A stretch of DNA of 64,000 nt from Eledone cirrhosa (taxonomy: Eukaryota), in contig OZ024749.1 in the NCBI GenBank assembly GCA_964016885.1, positions 19,158,001 to 19,222,000 of the forward strand. The letters are read 5' to 3'. This document shows, one piece after another, positions 13,851 to 30,938 of this stretch; within the stretch, counting starts at the first letter, position 1; the number at the start of each line of letters is the position of its first letter. The notes under the pieces were generated by a model. The model was not told the origin of the DNA. It saw nothing but the letters and a program-made list of their open reading frames with translations, and searched no databases. The translations under genes and the position numbers were made by a program.

Positions 13851-14029
13851 TGTTTCTATGAAAGAGTTCCTATTGCAGAACATTATATAAAGTGGTAGTG
13901 CTGGTGCTACAATAGAATGCACCTACTATACTCTGTAGAGTGGTAGTGCTGGTGACATGATAAAATGCACTTATTACATTTTGTAAGATGATTCATATTA
14001 GAATGGTCAACCAGCAGTAGAAAACCTGC

Positions 14030-14515
14030 CAAATATGGAAGGTATGAGGTCACTGACACCCCCCCCCCCTCCACACACACACACCAATACCAAATATGGA
14101 AGGTATGAGGATGAGGACTGTGACTCCCCTTCCCCCAGATATGGAAGGTATGAAGAAGAGGAGGTCGTTATGACCTTCACCTCCCCATATATGTAAGTTA
14201 TAAAGAAGGTGAGGTCACTGTGACCTTCACCTCCCCAGATATGGAAGGTATGAAGAAGATGAGGTCACTGTGACCTTCACCTCCCCAGATATGGAAGGTA
14301 TGAATATGAGGTCACTGTGAGCTTCACCTCCCCAGATATGGAAGGTATGAAGAAGATGAGGTCACTGTGACCTTCACCTCCCCAGATATGGAAGGTATGA
14401 ATATGAGGTCACTGTGAGCTTCACCTCCCCAGATATGGAAGGTATGAAGAAGATGAGGTCACTGTGACCTTCCTCCCTCAAAAATATGGAAGGTATGAGT
14501 CAGATGAGATCACTG
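14030..14515. repeat. 45/50-bp minisatellite (atatggaaggtatgaagaagatgaggtcactgtgaccttcacctccccag)
   Basis: About 9 units, alternating 50/45-bp variants in the core. Confidence 0.92.
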
Positions 14516-14574
14516 ACCCACCTAGTCTTGGACAGCCTGTCCAATCTATGCCGGGGGGGGGGGGGGGTGTAAAT

Positions 14575-15010
14575 GTATGATGATGGTGGTGATAGTGGTG
14601 ATGATGATGGTAGTAGTGGTGATAGTGGTGATGATGATTATTATGGTGGTAATGATAGTGATTGTGATGATGGGGGTAGTGACGATGATAATGATGATAG
14701 TTGTGGTAATGGTGTTGATAGTGATGGTGGTGATGATAGTGAGGAGGAGGATGGTGATGGTGGTGGGATGATAGTAATGATGGTGGTGGTGGTGGTGGTG
14801 GTAATGATGGTGATTGTGGTGGTGGTGGTAATGATGGTGATTGTGGTGGCGGTGGTGGTGGTTGTGGTGGTGGTGGTAATGATGGTGATGGTGATGATGA
14901 TGATTGTGGCGGTGGTGGTGGTGATAGTAATGATGATGGTGATGATGGTGATGGTGGTGATGATGATTGTGATTGTGGTGGTGGTGTTAATGATGGTGGT
15001 GTTAGTGTTG
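14575..15010. repeat. (GGT/GAT)n trinucleotide tract
   Basis: Direct inspection. Confidence 0.92.
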
Positions 15011-15310
15011 TTGATCTAAACATAATCATGTAACAGGTAAACACAAGTTGTTCTGTAAATAAAGATAGATTTAAACTCAATTTATGTTTGAATATCTGAC
15101 ACTTACAAAAATGCATAGTGTGTGTGTGTGTGTGAGTATGTATGTGTGTATGTATATGTGTGTGTGTTTGTGTGTGTATGTATCTTTGTGTGTGCATGTA
15201 TATATTTGTGTGTGTATGTGTATGTATGTATATATATATGTGTATATATATGTATATATATATGTGTATATGTGTGTATATATGTATATATATATGTGTA
15301 TTTATATATA

Positions 15311-15673
15311 AGGAAAACTCTGATATAACACCTGCAACCCTGATGGTATCCAATGATGTTGACTTGTTCTTCTTTTTGGTAAATATCATCTTGGTTAAGA
15401 GAGTGGGACTGGCTTTGTGCAGTGCCTTTGTTCACTATAAAAGCTTCACAGCACAGGCATTGCTTTATATCTGGAGATCTCTCTGCACTTGTCGTCATAT
15501 GGTACCATGGGCCCAGCACTATGTGTCAGTAATTGTCACAAGTGTAGTGTTTGTACCAGAATTTTCAAGTCGCTGGCTGGACTAAAAAGTCACACTCATT
15601 CAGCGCATCGGTAGGGGTTCTCCTACATGGATATAAAGTAGTGGCCGTACTCGAAAATGAGTTGGCAGCCACC
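15311..15673 (+). mobile_element. 5'-truncated copy of a non-coding interspersed repeat (also 20830-21363, 24055-24585)
   Basis: High identity among three copies with a shared 3' end gagttggcagccaccat. Confidence 0.85.
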
Positions 15674-15744
15674 ATATGTATGTAAGTATATATCTGTGTG
15701 TGTGTCTGTACATATATATGTGGGTGCACATATGTATGTATCAC

Positions 15745-17880
15745 TATCACCACCACCCCTACCACCACTAACACCACTACCACCACTACCACCACCACCA
15801 CCACTAACACCACTACCACCACCACCACCACCATCGCTACCACCACCACTAACACCACTACCACCACCACCACTACCACCACCATTACTACAACCACCAT
15901 TACCACTACCATCACCACCACCACCACCATTACTACAACCACCATTACCACCACCACCACCATTACCACCACCACCACCACCACCACCACTACCACCACC
16001 ATCACCATTACCACCACCACCATTACCACCACCACCATTACCACCACCACTACCACCGTTACCACCATTACCACCACCACCACTACCACCATTACCACCA
16101 CCACCATTACCACTACCACCACCATTACTACAACCACCATTACCACCATCACCACTATTACCACCACCACCACTACTACCATTACCACCACTACCACCAT
16201 TACCACCACTGCCTCCACCACCACTACCACCACCACCACTACCACCACCACTACCACCACTACAACCACCACTACCACTACTACCACCGCTACCACCACC
16301 AACACTACAACCACCATTACCACCACCACAACTACAACCACCACCACCACCATTACCACCAACACTGCCACCGCTGCCACTACCATCACCACCACCACCA
16401 CTACCATCACCACCACCACCACTACCACCACCATTACCATCACCACTACCACCACTACAACCACTACCACCACTACAACCACCACCACCAGTACCACCAC
16501 CACCACCACCACTACCACTACAACCACCACCACTACCACCACCTCCACCACCACCGCCAGTACCACGACCACCACCGCCACTACCACCACCAACACTACA
16601 ACCACCATTACCACCACCACCACCACCACCACCACCACTACCACCACCACTAACACTACCACCATTACCACCACCACCACCACTACCACTACAACCACTA
16701 CCACCAACACTACCACCACCACCACCACTACCACTACCACCACTACATCCACTACCACCACCACTACAACCATTACCACCACCGCCACCACTACCACCAC
16801 CACCACTACCACCACCATTACCACCACCACTACAACCACTACCACCACTACAACCACCACCACCATTACCACCACCACAACTACAACCACCACCACCACC
16901 ATTACCACCAACACTGCCACCGCTGCCACTACCATCACCACCACCACCACTACCACCACCATTACCATCACCACTACCACCACTACAACCACTACCACCA
17001 CTACAACCACCAGTACCACCACCACCACCACCACCACCACCACTACCACTACAACCACCACCACTACCACCACCACCACCACCGCCACTACCACGACCAC
17101 CACCGCCACTACCACCACCAACACTACAACCACCATTACCACCACCACCACCACCACCACCACCACTACCACCACCACTAACACTACCACCATTACCACC
17201 ACCACCACCACTACCACTACAACCACTACCACCAACACCACCACCACCACCACTACCACTACCACCACTACATCCACTACCACCACCACTACAACCATTA
17301 CCACCACCGCCACCACTACCACCACCACCACTACCACCACCATTACCACCACCACTACCACCACTACAACCACTACCACCACTACAACCACCACCACCAG
17401 TACCACCACCACCACCACCACTACCACTACAACCACCACCACTACCACCACCACCACCACCGCCACTACCACAACCACCACCGCCACTACCACCACCAAC
17501 ACTACAACCACCATTACCACCACCACCACCACCACCACCACTACCACCACCACTAACACTACCACCATTACCACCACCACTACCACTACAACCACTACCA
17601 CCAACACTACCACCACCACCACCACTACCACTACCACCACTACATCCACTACCACCACCACTACAACCATTACCACCACCGCCACCACTACCACCACCAC
17701 CACTACCACTACAACCACCACCACCACCACCAACACTACCACCACCACCACTACCACCATTACTACCACCACTACCACCGCCACTACCAATACCACCGCT
17801 ACCACCACTACAACCACTACCACCACCACTACCATCATTAGTACCACCACTACCACCACCACCACCACCACCACCAACAT
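15745..17880. repeat. ~2.1-kb (ACC/ACT)n trinucleotide satellite with higher-order duplications
   Basis: Marker motifs (ctacatcc, cagtacc, cactgccaccgctgcc) recur at several-hundred-bp periods. Confidence 0.95.
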
Positions 17881-17989
17881 TTACACCTGTTACAACATTG
17901 CACTTGTTCTCTCTTTTAATTTGTTTGTTTTTTCAAATTTGTTGTTTTGTTTTTGGTTTGTCACCTTTTCTGGACACCTGTCTCCTTAA

Positions 17990-18412
17990 TAGATGATGAT
18001 GATATTTTCTCTGCTGCTGATGATGATGTTACTCTCTTTGATGCTGTTATTGTTTTTATTGTTGCTTTCTTTGCTGTTGATGTTGTTGTTGTTGTTGTTG
18101 CTTTCTCTGCTGCTGATGATGATGTTGCTGCTGTTGTTACTATTGTGTCATGCTGCTGTTGATGATGAGGATGCTGTTAATAGTGTTGTTGATGATGTTG
18201 ATGATGTTGCTGTTGTTGTTGATATTGTCAATGATGATGATGATGATTACTATTTCCTCCTCTGTTGCTGTTCTTGTTGCTATTCCTTCTTCTTCTGTTG
18301 TTGATGATGACGATGATGATGATGGTGATAATCCCGTTACTCTTTCTACTGTTGATGATGATGATGTCGATATTCTATCTACTATTGATGATAATGCTGT
18401 TGTTATTGTTGT
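17990..18412. repeat. (GAT/GTT/GCT)n low-complexity tract
   Basis: Direct inspection. Confidence 0.88.
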
Positions 18413-18502
18413 TCTGGTTTTTCTTAATTTTCTAACTTTTGTTTTGTGGACTTGTGTGTGTGTGTGGGGGGGGGGGGTCCATATGTATATATATATATAT
18501 AT

Positions 18503-18635
18503 GCAGAAGTTATATTTAATTTGTTGGGATTCCAACAAAACTTAAAAATTTATAACTGATATAAAGCACTCAACAGTATACTGGAGTAAATATTTAATAT
18601 ATTAATAAATGGAAACTATATTTATAAAACCATAA

Positions 18636-18641
<6 letters not shown>
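18503..18641 (-). mobile_element. TA-flanked fragment of a small PLE-associated repeat; unedited relative of the hairpin element inside PLE-5
   Basis: Homologous to 41027-41155 (gttatattt...ctgatataaagcactcaac...aatggaaacta). Confidence 0.85.
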
Positions 18642-18680
<39 letters not shown>

Positions 18681-18914
18681 TTGCAAGGTTTTTGATATGA
18701 AATCGTGTGTCAAAGCAAATATTGTTATACTTGGGGAGGGTCATATTGTTATAATATTGCCAGAAATAATAACAGGACACACTCACTGTTTGGTTTGGGT
18801 TGGTTTTCGCTTCTGTATCTTTTTATATCTTCATAGTTAATTTATCTGGCAATCAATGTTTGCCATTGAGGCCTCAGCCGGATGCCTGGAACAGATAAAA
18901 AACTAAAAGTGTAT

Positions 18915-18968
18915 ATAGTCTATCAAAGTTCTTTCGTCACAAATCTGTGGCATCATCAGTGGTACTAT
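18915..18968 (-). ncRNA. Minimal hammerhead, left arm
   Basis: atagtacca-CTGATGA-tgccacagatttgtgac-GAAA-gaactt-tgatagactat. Confidence 0.72.
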
Positions 18969-19056
18969 TATGTTTCCTCCTGTTGTATTGTAATGCCTAC
19001 ACCATTTTGGGGGTAGGTAATGGTGTAGGCATTACAATACAACAGGAGGGAACATA

Positions 19057-19110
19057 ATAGTACCACTGATGATGTCACAGATGTGAGACGAAAGAACTTT
19101 GATAGACTAT
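19057..19110 (+). ncRNA. Minimal hammerhead, right arm
   Basis: atagtacca-CTGATGA-tgtcacagatgtgagac-GAAA-gaactt-tgatagactat. Confidence 0.72.
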
Positions 19111-19449
19111 ATATATTTATATCTGTATTTTTAACCGTTGGTCAATCAATGATAAACATTGATTACCAGATAAATTAACTATGGAAATATAAAAGATACA
19201 GAAGCGAAAACCAACCCAAACCAAACTGAGTGTGTTCTGTTATTATTTCTGAAATATTATAACAATATCACCCTCCCCAAGTATAACAATATATATATAT
19301 ATATATATACATAGCTGTATTGTGAAACACACTGTGTTAGTGCTATCACTTTTATCACTAATGTAAAATATTTATTGCTAATTCTATGATTTGTAATTGG
19401 TTAATCTTGTTATATGTTTGTTGTTTTGTTTTTGTTTTACCAAAATCTT

Positions 19450-19592
19450 TTGTTGTTTGGATGTTGGCTAAGAGATCTGGAGTATTTCTGGTGGTTCATT
19501 ACTTTGAAAGTTTCAGAGTTCAATTCCTGCAGAGGTCAACATTGTTGCCTTTCATCCTTCTGGGATTGATAAAATTGAATTAAGTAACCAGT
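19450..19592 (+). mobile_element. Degenerate SINE fragment (Meta-domain-like)
   Basis: gagttcaattcc B box followed by ttgcctttcatccttctgggattgataaaat. Confidence 0.65.
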
Positions 19593-19601
19593 CAGAAACA
19601 A

Positions 19602-19655
<54 letters not shown>

Positions 19656-19685
19656 ATATATATATATATATACTATATATATATA

Positions 19686-19725
<40 letters not shown>

Positions 19726-20829
19726 ATATATATATATATATATATACTATATATATATATATATATATATATACTATATATATATATATATATATACTAT
19801 ATATATATATATATATATATACTATATATATATATATATATACTATATATATATATATATAATATTACTATATATATATATATATATATACTATATATAT
19901 ACTATATATATACTATATATATATATACTATATATATATATATATATACTATATATATATATATATATACTATATATATACTATATATATATATATATAT
20001 ACTATATATATACTATATAATACTATATATATACTATATATATACTATTATATATACTATATATATATATACTATATATATACTATATATATACTATATA
20101 TATACTATATATATATATACTATATATATATATATATATACTATATTATATATATATATACTATATATATATATATATATACTATATATATATATATATA
20201 TACTATATATATATATATACTATATATATATATATACTATATATATATATATACTATATATATATATATACTATATATATATATATACTATATATATATA
20301 TATACTATATCTATATATATACTATATATATATATATACTATATCTATATATATACTATATCTATATATATACTATATATATATATATACTATATCTATA
20401 TATATACTATATCTATATATATACTATATCTATATATTACTATATCTATATATATACTATATCTATATATATACTATATATATATATATACTATATATAT
20501 ATATATACTATATCTATATATATACTATATCTATATATATACTATATCTATATATATACTATATCTATATATATACTATATCTATATATATACTATATAT
20601 CTATATATATACTATATCTATATATATACTATATCTATATATATACTATATCTATATATATACTATATATATATATACTATATATTATATATACTATATA
20701 TATATACTATATATATATATACTATATATATATATATACTAATATATATATATACTATATATATATATATACTATATATATATATATACTATATATATAT
20801 ATATACTATTAATATATATATACTATATA

Positions 20830-21363
20830 ACTGGCAACCCCCACCAAGGTTTCTTGGTGAGGAGGGTGACTTTGGACATCCTGCAGGACTAAAAACAAAA
20901 CCTGTCAAAGGGCAAAGGAGCTCTTAAGAGTCAATGGCCATCCAAAATCACCGGGAGAGATGACCCCTTAGCCTTTGTCAAGGCAGAATTCTAGGAGAAG
21001 GAAAACTCTGATATAACACCTGCAACCCTGATGGTATCCAATGATGTTGACTTGTTCTTCTTTTTGGTACATATCATCTTGTTTAAGAGAGTGGGACTGG
21101 CTTTGTGCAGTGCCTTTGCTCACTATAAAAGCTTCACGGCACAGGCATTGCTTTATATCTGGAGATCTTTCTGCACTTGTCGTCAGATGGTACCATGGGC
21201 CCAGCACTATGTGTCAATAATTGTCAAAAGTGTAGTGTTTGTACCAGAGTTTTCAAATCGCTGGCTGGACTAAAAAGTCACACTCGTTCAGCGCATCCGT
21301 AGGGGTTCTCCTACATGGATATAAAGTAGTGGCCGGTACTCGAAAACGAGTTGGCAGCCACCA
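20830..21363 (+). mobile_element. ~530-bp non-autonomous repeat with an RTE-5'UTR-like motif (ctaggagaaggaaaactctg)
   Basis: Near-identical to 24055-24585; TA-flanked; RTE relation is recalled similarity only. Confidence 0.75.
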
Positions 21364-21795
21364 TACTATATATATATAATACTATATATATATATATATA
21401 TACTATATATATAATAATATATATATATACTATATATATATATATACTATATATATATATATACTATATATATATATATATACTATAATATATATATATA
21501 CTATATATATATATATACTATATATATATATATATACTATATATATATATATATACTATATATATATATATATACTATATAATATACTATATATATATAT
21601 ATATACTATATATATATATATATACTATATATATATATATACTATATATATATATATACTATATATATATATATACTATATATATATATATACTATATAT
21701 ATATACTATATATATATATAGTACTATATATTTATATATATATATATATATACTATATATATACTATATATATATATATACTATATATATATATA

Positions 21796-21826
<31 letters not shown>

Positions 21827-22090
21827 CTATATATATACTATATATATATATATATATACTATATCTATATATATATATATATATATACTATATCTATATA
21901 TATATACTATATCTATATATATATATATATACTATATCTATATATATATACTATATCTATATATATATATATATACTATATCTATATATATATATACTAT
22001 ATATATATATATTATATATACTATATATATATACTATATATATATATATATACTATATATATATATATATATACTATATATATATATATA

Positions 22091-22121
<31 letters not shown>

Positions 22122-22241
22122 CTATATATATATATATATATATACTATATATATATATATATAATACTATTATATATATATATACTATATATATATATAT
22201 ATATACTATATATATATATATATATATATACTATATATATA

Positions 22242-22279
<38 letters not shown>

Positions 22280-22498
22280 TATATCTATATATATATATAT
22301 ATATACTATATATATATATGTATATATACTATATATATATATATATATACTATATATATATATAATATACTATATATATATATATATACTATATATATAT
22401 ATATATACTATATATATATATATATACTATATATATATTACTATATATATAAATATATATACTATATATATATATAGTATATATATATATATATAATA

Positions 22499-22532
<34 letters not shown>

Positions 22533-22687
22533 TATATATATATACTATATATATATTATATATATATATACTATATATATATATATACTATATATATATA
22601 TATATATACTAATATATATATATATATATATATATACTATATATATATATAGTATATATATACTATATATATATATATATATATATA

Positions 22688-22756
<69 letters not shown>

Positions 22757-22956
22757 TATATATATATATATATACTATATATATATATATATGATATATA
22801 TATATATATATATATATACTATTATATATATATATATACTATATATATATATATATATATACTATATATACTATATATATATATACTATATATATATATA
22901 TATATATATACTATATATATATATATATATACTATATATATATATATATATATATA

Positions 22957-22987
<31 letters not shown>

Positions 22988-23099
22988 CTATATATATATA
23001 TATATATATAATACTATATATATATATATATATTATATATATATATATATTATATATATATATATATACTATATATACTATATATATATATATATATAT

Positions 23100-23141
<42 letters not shown>

Positions 23142-24054
23142 TATATATATATATATATATATACTATATATATATATATATACTATATATATATATACTA
23201 TATATATATATACTATATATATATATATATACTATATATATATATATATACTATATATATATATACTATATATATATATATATACTATATATATATATAT
23301 ATATACTATATATATATATATATACTATATATATATATACTATATATATATATATATACTATATATATATATACTATATATATATATATATACTATATAT
23401 ATATATACTATATATATATATATATACTATATATATATATACTATATATATATATATATACTATATATATATATATATACTATATATATATATATACTAT
23501 ATATATATATATACTATATCTATATATATACTATATCTATATATACTACTAATATATATATATACTATATCTATATATATACTATATCTATATATATACT
23601 ATATATATATATATACTATATATATATATATACTATATCTATATATATACTATATCTATATATATACTATATCTATATATATACTATATCTATATATATA
23701 CTATATATATATATACTATATATATATATATACTATATCTATATATATACTATATCTATATATATACTATATCTATATATATACTATATCTATATATATA
23801 CTATATCTATATATATACTATATATCTATATATATACTATATCTATATATATACTATATCTATATATATACTATATCTATATATATACTATATCTATATA
23901 TATACTATATATATATATACTATATATATATACTATATATATATACTATATATATATATATACTATATATATATATATACTATATATATATATATACTAT
24001 ATATATATATATACTATATATATATATATACTATATATATATATATACTATATA

Positions 24055-24585
24055 ACTGGCAACCCACCAAGGTTTCTTGGTGAGGAGGGTGACTTTGGAC
24101 ATCCTGCAGGACTAAAAACAAAACCTGTCAAAGGGCAAAGGAGCTCTTAAGAGTCAATGGCCATCCAAAATCACCGGGAGAGATGACCCCTTAGCCTTTG
24201 TCAAGGCAGAATTCTAGGAGAAGGAAAACTCTGATATAACACCTGCAACCCTGATGGTATCCAATGATGTTGACTTGTTCTTCTTTTTGGTACATATCAT
24301 CTTGTTTAAGAGAGTGGGACTGGCTTTGTGCAGTGCCTTTGCTCACTATAAAAGCTTCACGGCACAGGCATTGCTTTATATCTGGAGATCTTTCTGCACT
24401 TGTCGTCAGATGGTACCATGGGCCCAGCACTATGTGTCAATAATTGTCAAAAGTGTAGTGTTTGTACCAGAGTTTTCAAATCGCTGGCTGGACTAAAAAG
24501 TCACACTCGTTCAGCGCATCCGTAGGGGTTCTCCTACATGGATATAAAGTAGTGGCCGTACTCGAAAACGAGTTGGCAGCCACCA
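24055..24585 (+). mobile_element. Second copy of the ~530-bp repeat
   Basis: Differs from 20830-21363 only by small indels as far as I can see. Confidence 0.75.
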
Positions 24586-24760
24586 TACTATATATATATA
24601 TATACTATATATATATATATATATTCTATATATATATTATATATATATATACTATATATATATATATACTATATATATATATAACTATATATATATATAT
24701 ATACTATATATATATATATATACTATATATATATATATATACTATATATATATATATATA

Positions 24761-24791
<31 letters not shown>

Positions 24792-24959
24792 CTATATATA
24801 TATATATATACTATATATATATATATATACTATATATATATATACTATATATATATATATATACTATATATATATATATACTATATATATATATATACTA
24901 TATATATATATATACTATATATATATATATACTATATATATATACTATATATATATATA

Positions 24960-24993
<34 letters not shown>

Positions 24994-25035
24994 TATATAT
25001 ATACTATATATATATATATACTATATATATATATA

Positions 25036-25066
<31 letters not shown>

Positions 25067-25349
25067 CTATATATATACTATATATATATATATATATACT
25101 ATATCTATATATATATATATATATATACTATATCTATATATATAACTATATCTATATATATATATATATACTATATCTTATATATATACTATATCTATAT
25201 ATATATACTATATCTATATATATATATATATACTATATCTATATATATATATACTATATATATATATAGTATATATATACTATATATATATACTATATAT
25301 ATATATATATACTATATATATATATATATATACTATATATATATATATA

Positions 25350-25380
<31 letters not shown>

Positions 25381-25494
25381 CTATATATATATATATATAT
25401 ACTATATATATATATACTATATATATATATATATATACTATATATATATATATATATACTATATATATATATATATATATATACTATATATATA

Positions 25495-25569
<75 letters not shown>

Positions 25570-26254
25570 TATATCTATATATATATATATATATACTATA
25601 TATATATATGTATATATACTATATATATATATATATATACTATATATATATATATATACTATATATATATATATATACTATATATATATATATATATACT
25701 ATATATATATACTATATATATATATATATATACTATATATATATAGTATATATATATATATATATATATACTATATATATATATATTATATTATATATAT
25801 ACTATATATATATACTATATATATATATATATATATATACTATATATATATATATACTATATATATATATATATACTATATATATATATATATATACTAT
25901 ATATATATATATATACTATATATATACTATATATATATATATATATATACTATATATATATATATATACTATATATATATACTATATATATATATACTAT
26001 ATATATATATATATTACTATATATATATATATATACTATATATATATATACTATATATATATACTATATATATATATATATACTATATAATATATATATA
26101 CTATATATATACTATATATATATATAATACTATATACTATATATATATATATACTATATATATATACTATATATATATAATATACTGTTATATATATACT
26201 ATAATATATAATATATATATATATGTATATATATATATACTATATATATATATA

Positions 26255-26292
<38 letters not shown>

Positions 26293-26316
26293 TATATATA
26301 TATATATATATATATA

Positions 26317-26354
<38 letters not shown>

Positions 26355-26417
26355 TATATATATATATATATATATATATTATACTATATATATATATATA
26401 TATATATACTATACTAT

Positions 26418-26467
<50 letters not shown>

Positions 26468-26616
26468 ATACTATATATATATATATATAATATACTATAT
26501 ATATATATATATATACTAATATATATATTATATATATACTATATATATATTATATATATATATACTATATATATATATATATATATATATACTATATATA
26601 TATATATATATATATA

Positions 26617-26647
<31 letters not shown>

Positions 26648-26670
26648 CTATATATATATATATATATATA

Positions 26671-26740
<70 letters not shown>

Positions 26741-27283
26741 TATATATATATATATATACTATATATATATATACTATAATATATATATATACTATATATA
26801 TATATACTATATATATATATACTATTATATATATACTATATATATATATACTATATATATATATATATACTATATATATATAATATATACTATATATAAT
26901 ATATACTATATAATATATAATATACTATATATATATATATATACTATAATATATATATATATATACTATATAATATATATATATATACTATATATAATAT
27001 ATACTATATATATATATATATACTATATATATACTATATATATATATATATATATATACTATATATATTATATATATATATATACTATATATATATATAT
27101 ATACTATATTATATATATATATATATATATATACTATATATATATATATATATACTAATATATATATATATACTATATATATATATATATATATACTATA
27201 TATATATAATACTATATATATATATATACTATATAATATATATATATACTATATATATATTATATACTATATATATATATATA

Positions 27284-27323
<40 letters not shown>

Positions 27324-27376
27324 CTATATATAATATATACTATATATATATATACTATATAATATATATATATATA

Positions 27377-27414
<38 letters not shown>

Positions 27415-27758
27415 TATATATATATAATATACTATATATATATATATACTATATATATATATATACTATATATATATATAAACTATATATATATATATAC
27501 TATATATATATATACTATATATATATATATATACTATAATATATATATACTATATATATATATATACTATATATATAATATATACTATATATATATATAT
27601 AATATATATATTATACTATATATATATATATACTATATATATATATATATATATACTTATATATACTATATATATACTATATATATATATATATATATAC
27701 TATATATATATATATATATACTATATATATATATATATATACTATATATATATATATA

Positions 27759-27792
<34 letters not shown>

Positions 27793-27881
27793 TATATTTA
27801 TATACTATATATATATATATACTATATATATATATAATATATATACTATATATACTATATTTATATATATATATATATACT

Positions 27882-27959
<78 letters not shown>

Positions 27960-28080
27960 TATATATATATATATATATATATACTATATATATATATATA
28001 CTATATATATATATCTATATATATTACTATATATACTATATATATATATACTATATATATATATATATATATACTATATA

Positions 28081-28143
<63 letters not shown>

Positions 28144-28191
28144 TATATATATATATATACTATATATATATATACTATATATATATATATA

Positions 28192-28241
<50 letters not shown>

Positions 28242-28621
28242 TATTTATATATATATATATATTATATATACTATATATACTATATATATATATATATATC
28301 TATAGATATATATATACTATATATATATATATATACTATATATATACTATACTATATATATATATATATACTATATATATATATTATATATATATATATA
28401 TACTATATATTTATATACTATACTATATATATATATATATACTATATATATGATATACTATATATATATATATATATATATATACTATATATATATATTA
28501 TACTATATATATATATATTATATATATATATACTATATAATATATATATATATACTATATATAATATATATATATACTATATATATATATATATACTATA
28601 TTATATATATATATATAACTA

Positions 28622-28821
28622 NNNNNNNNNNNNNNNNNNNNNNNNNNNNNNNNNNNNNNNNNNNNNNNNNNNNNNNNNNNNNNNNNNNNNNNNNNNNNNN
28701 NNNNNNNNNNNNNNNNNNNNNNNNNNNNNNNNNNNNNNNNNNNNNNNNNNNNNNNNNNNNNNNNNNNNNNNNNNNNNNNNNNNNNNNNNNNNNNNNNNNN
28801 NNNNNNNNNNNNNNNNNNNNN
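28622..28821. other. Assembly gap (200 N)
   Basis: N run. Confidence 1.
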
Positions 28822-30379
28822 AGGCACATATACATACACCTCTTTAAAATATACCCATCTTCTTACCTTACTTCAAAGGGCATTATACACTCTATAATAC
28901 TTGTTTACTCATTACCCTCTTTCTATCTTCACCTTGTAAAATCCTTCATAACATATACATTTGTTTTTTTGACGTTAGAATATTCATCCGCAATTATTAT
29001 TATTTTTTCTCTCTATCATAAAACTTTTTAATCTCAATTTCATCCTTAATTTATTATTTTTTTCTCCCCATCAACGAACTCATTCTTAATACATATTAAC
29101 TCTTTCTTCGCACATATTATCAACTCCTTCAATATACAAACCTTAACTTCACATTATTTTTCTCAAATCATCTAATACACAAACCTTAATAATTTTTTAA
29201 TACATATTAACTCTTTCTTCGCACATATTATCAATTCCTTCAATATACAAACTTTAACTTCACATTATTTTTCTCAAATCCTTCTACACACAAACCTTAA
29301 TAATTTGTTCTCTTCGTTAATTTTGAAATTGCCACAATACTTATCAACATACACCTTTTTCACGTTAGAATATTCATCCGCAATTATTATTTTTTCTCTC
29401 TATCTTCATACATAAACTCCCTCTCTTTCCTCGTACATATTTTTCCCTTCGTTAATTTTCAAATTCTTTTAATTTATACATTATCTTCCAACGGTTCTCA
29501 ATCTCTCTATGTAAAACAATATATCTTTTCTCAGTTATAAAAACTATCTCTTTCTCTCTATCACCCATCTCTCCCTCTCCACCTTCACTCTCATCTCCTC
29601 CCCTTTTTTCATCCTTTCCACCCCCCCTCCCTAAATAAAATATTTTTTTCCTCGTACATATTTTTCCCTTCGTTAATTTTCAAATTCTTTTAATTTATAC
29701 ATTATCTTCCAACGGTTTTCAACATCTCTATGTAAAACAATATATCTTCTCTCAGTTATAAAAACTATCTCTTTCTCTCTATCACCCATCTCTCCCTCTC
29801 CACCTTCACTCTCATCTCCTCCCCTTTTTTCATCCTTTCCACCCCCCCCCCCTTCCTAAATAAAATATTTTTTTCCTCGTACATATTTTTCCCTTCGTTA
29901 ATTTTCAAATTCTTTTAATTTATACATTATCTTCCAACGGTTTTCAACATCTCTATGTAAAACAATATATCTTCTCTCAGTTATAAAAACTATCTCTTTC
30001 TCTCTATCACCCATCTCTCCCTCTCCACCTTCACTCTCATCTCCTCCCCTTTTTCATCCTTCTCCCCCCCCCTCTCTAAATAAAATATTTTTCCCAATAT
30101 CACACATCAATCTAAAACCACTTTTCATATGTTGATTTAAAACTGCACTATCCACAAGTGTTTTTTAGCCTTCATATCATGTTCTCCTGTTTTATCTGAT
30201 GAAAACACAAATATTATTGCATGATGATGTTTGTTTTTGAAATGCGCATAATAAAATACATGGAACTCCTTTAACCATCTTTTGATCTTCTATTATGTAT
30301 ACTCCAGTCCTACAAACTGTAGAGTGCTTCTTATCCGATATCTGCATTGCTTTATTGTACTACAATAAAACTCACCTCC

Positions 30380-30384
<5 letters not shown>
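28822..30384 (+). mobile_element. 3' UTR/pLTR of a PLE-1-family element with internal tandem triplication (~29425-30090)
   Basis: Reverse-complement homology to 1224-2245; ends ctcacctcctacata(TA)n. Confidence 0.88.
30188..30258 (+). ncRNA. Hammerhead ribozyme, PLE-1 family
   Basis: tgttttat-CTGATGA-...-GAAA-tgcgcat-A-ataaaata; stem II substitutions preserve pairing. Confidence 0.87.
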
Positions 30385-30476
<92 letters not shown>

Positions 30477-30686
30477 ATATATATATATATATATGATATA
30501 TATATATATATATATGATATATATATATATATATATGATATATATATATATATGATATATATATATATATATATATATATGATATATATATATATATATA
30601 TGATATATATATATATATATATGATATATATATATATATATATATGATATATATATATATATATATATGATATATATATATATATA

Positions 30687-30723
<37 letters not shown>

Positions 30724-30899
30724 ATATATATATATATATGATATATATATATATATATATGATATATATATATATATATGATATATATATATATATATAT
30801 ATATATGATATATATATATATGATATATATATATATATATGATATATATATATATATATGATATATATATATATATATGATATATATATATATATTATA

Positions 30900-30938
<39 letters not shown>

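Larger units (their letters stand above)
18675..19291. mobile_element. Inverted pLTR pair of the PLE-2 family (arms ~18719-19005 and 19019-19290)
   Basis: Arms are reverse complements and match 5695-5990; left arm contains a CR1-tail fragment at ~18868-18910. Confidence 0.87.
19605..28621. repeat. (CT)n followed by a ~9-kb (TA)n array with periodic C interruptions, containing two repeat insertions
   Basis: Direct inspection; runs into the assembly gap. Confidence 0.95.

Noticed and set aside
13515-14515. Regular repeats resembling a CRISPR array
   Set aside because: Head-to-tail minisatellites without unique spacers; eukaryotic context; no cas genes.
15565-17996. 770-aa poly-T/P/V ORFs suggesting a mucin or extensin
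   Set aside because: Open in several frames on both strands because (ACC)n lacks stops; no signal peptide, splice sites or unique domain.
21155-21195. Minus-strand CTGACGA-caagtgca-GAAA-gatctc in the 530-bp repeat
   Set aside because: Stems I and II do not pair and the core is not conserved in the 15470-15500 copy.
20968-21273. Recurrent 79-80 aa ORFs in the 530-bp repeat
   Set aside because: Recurrence reflects repeat identity; no recognisable motif.
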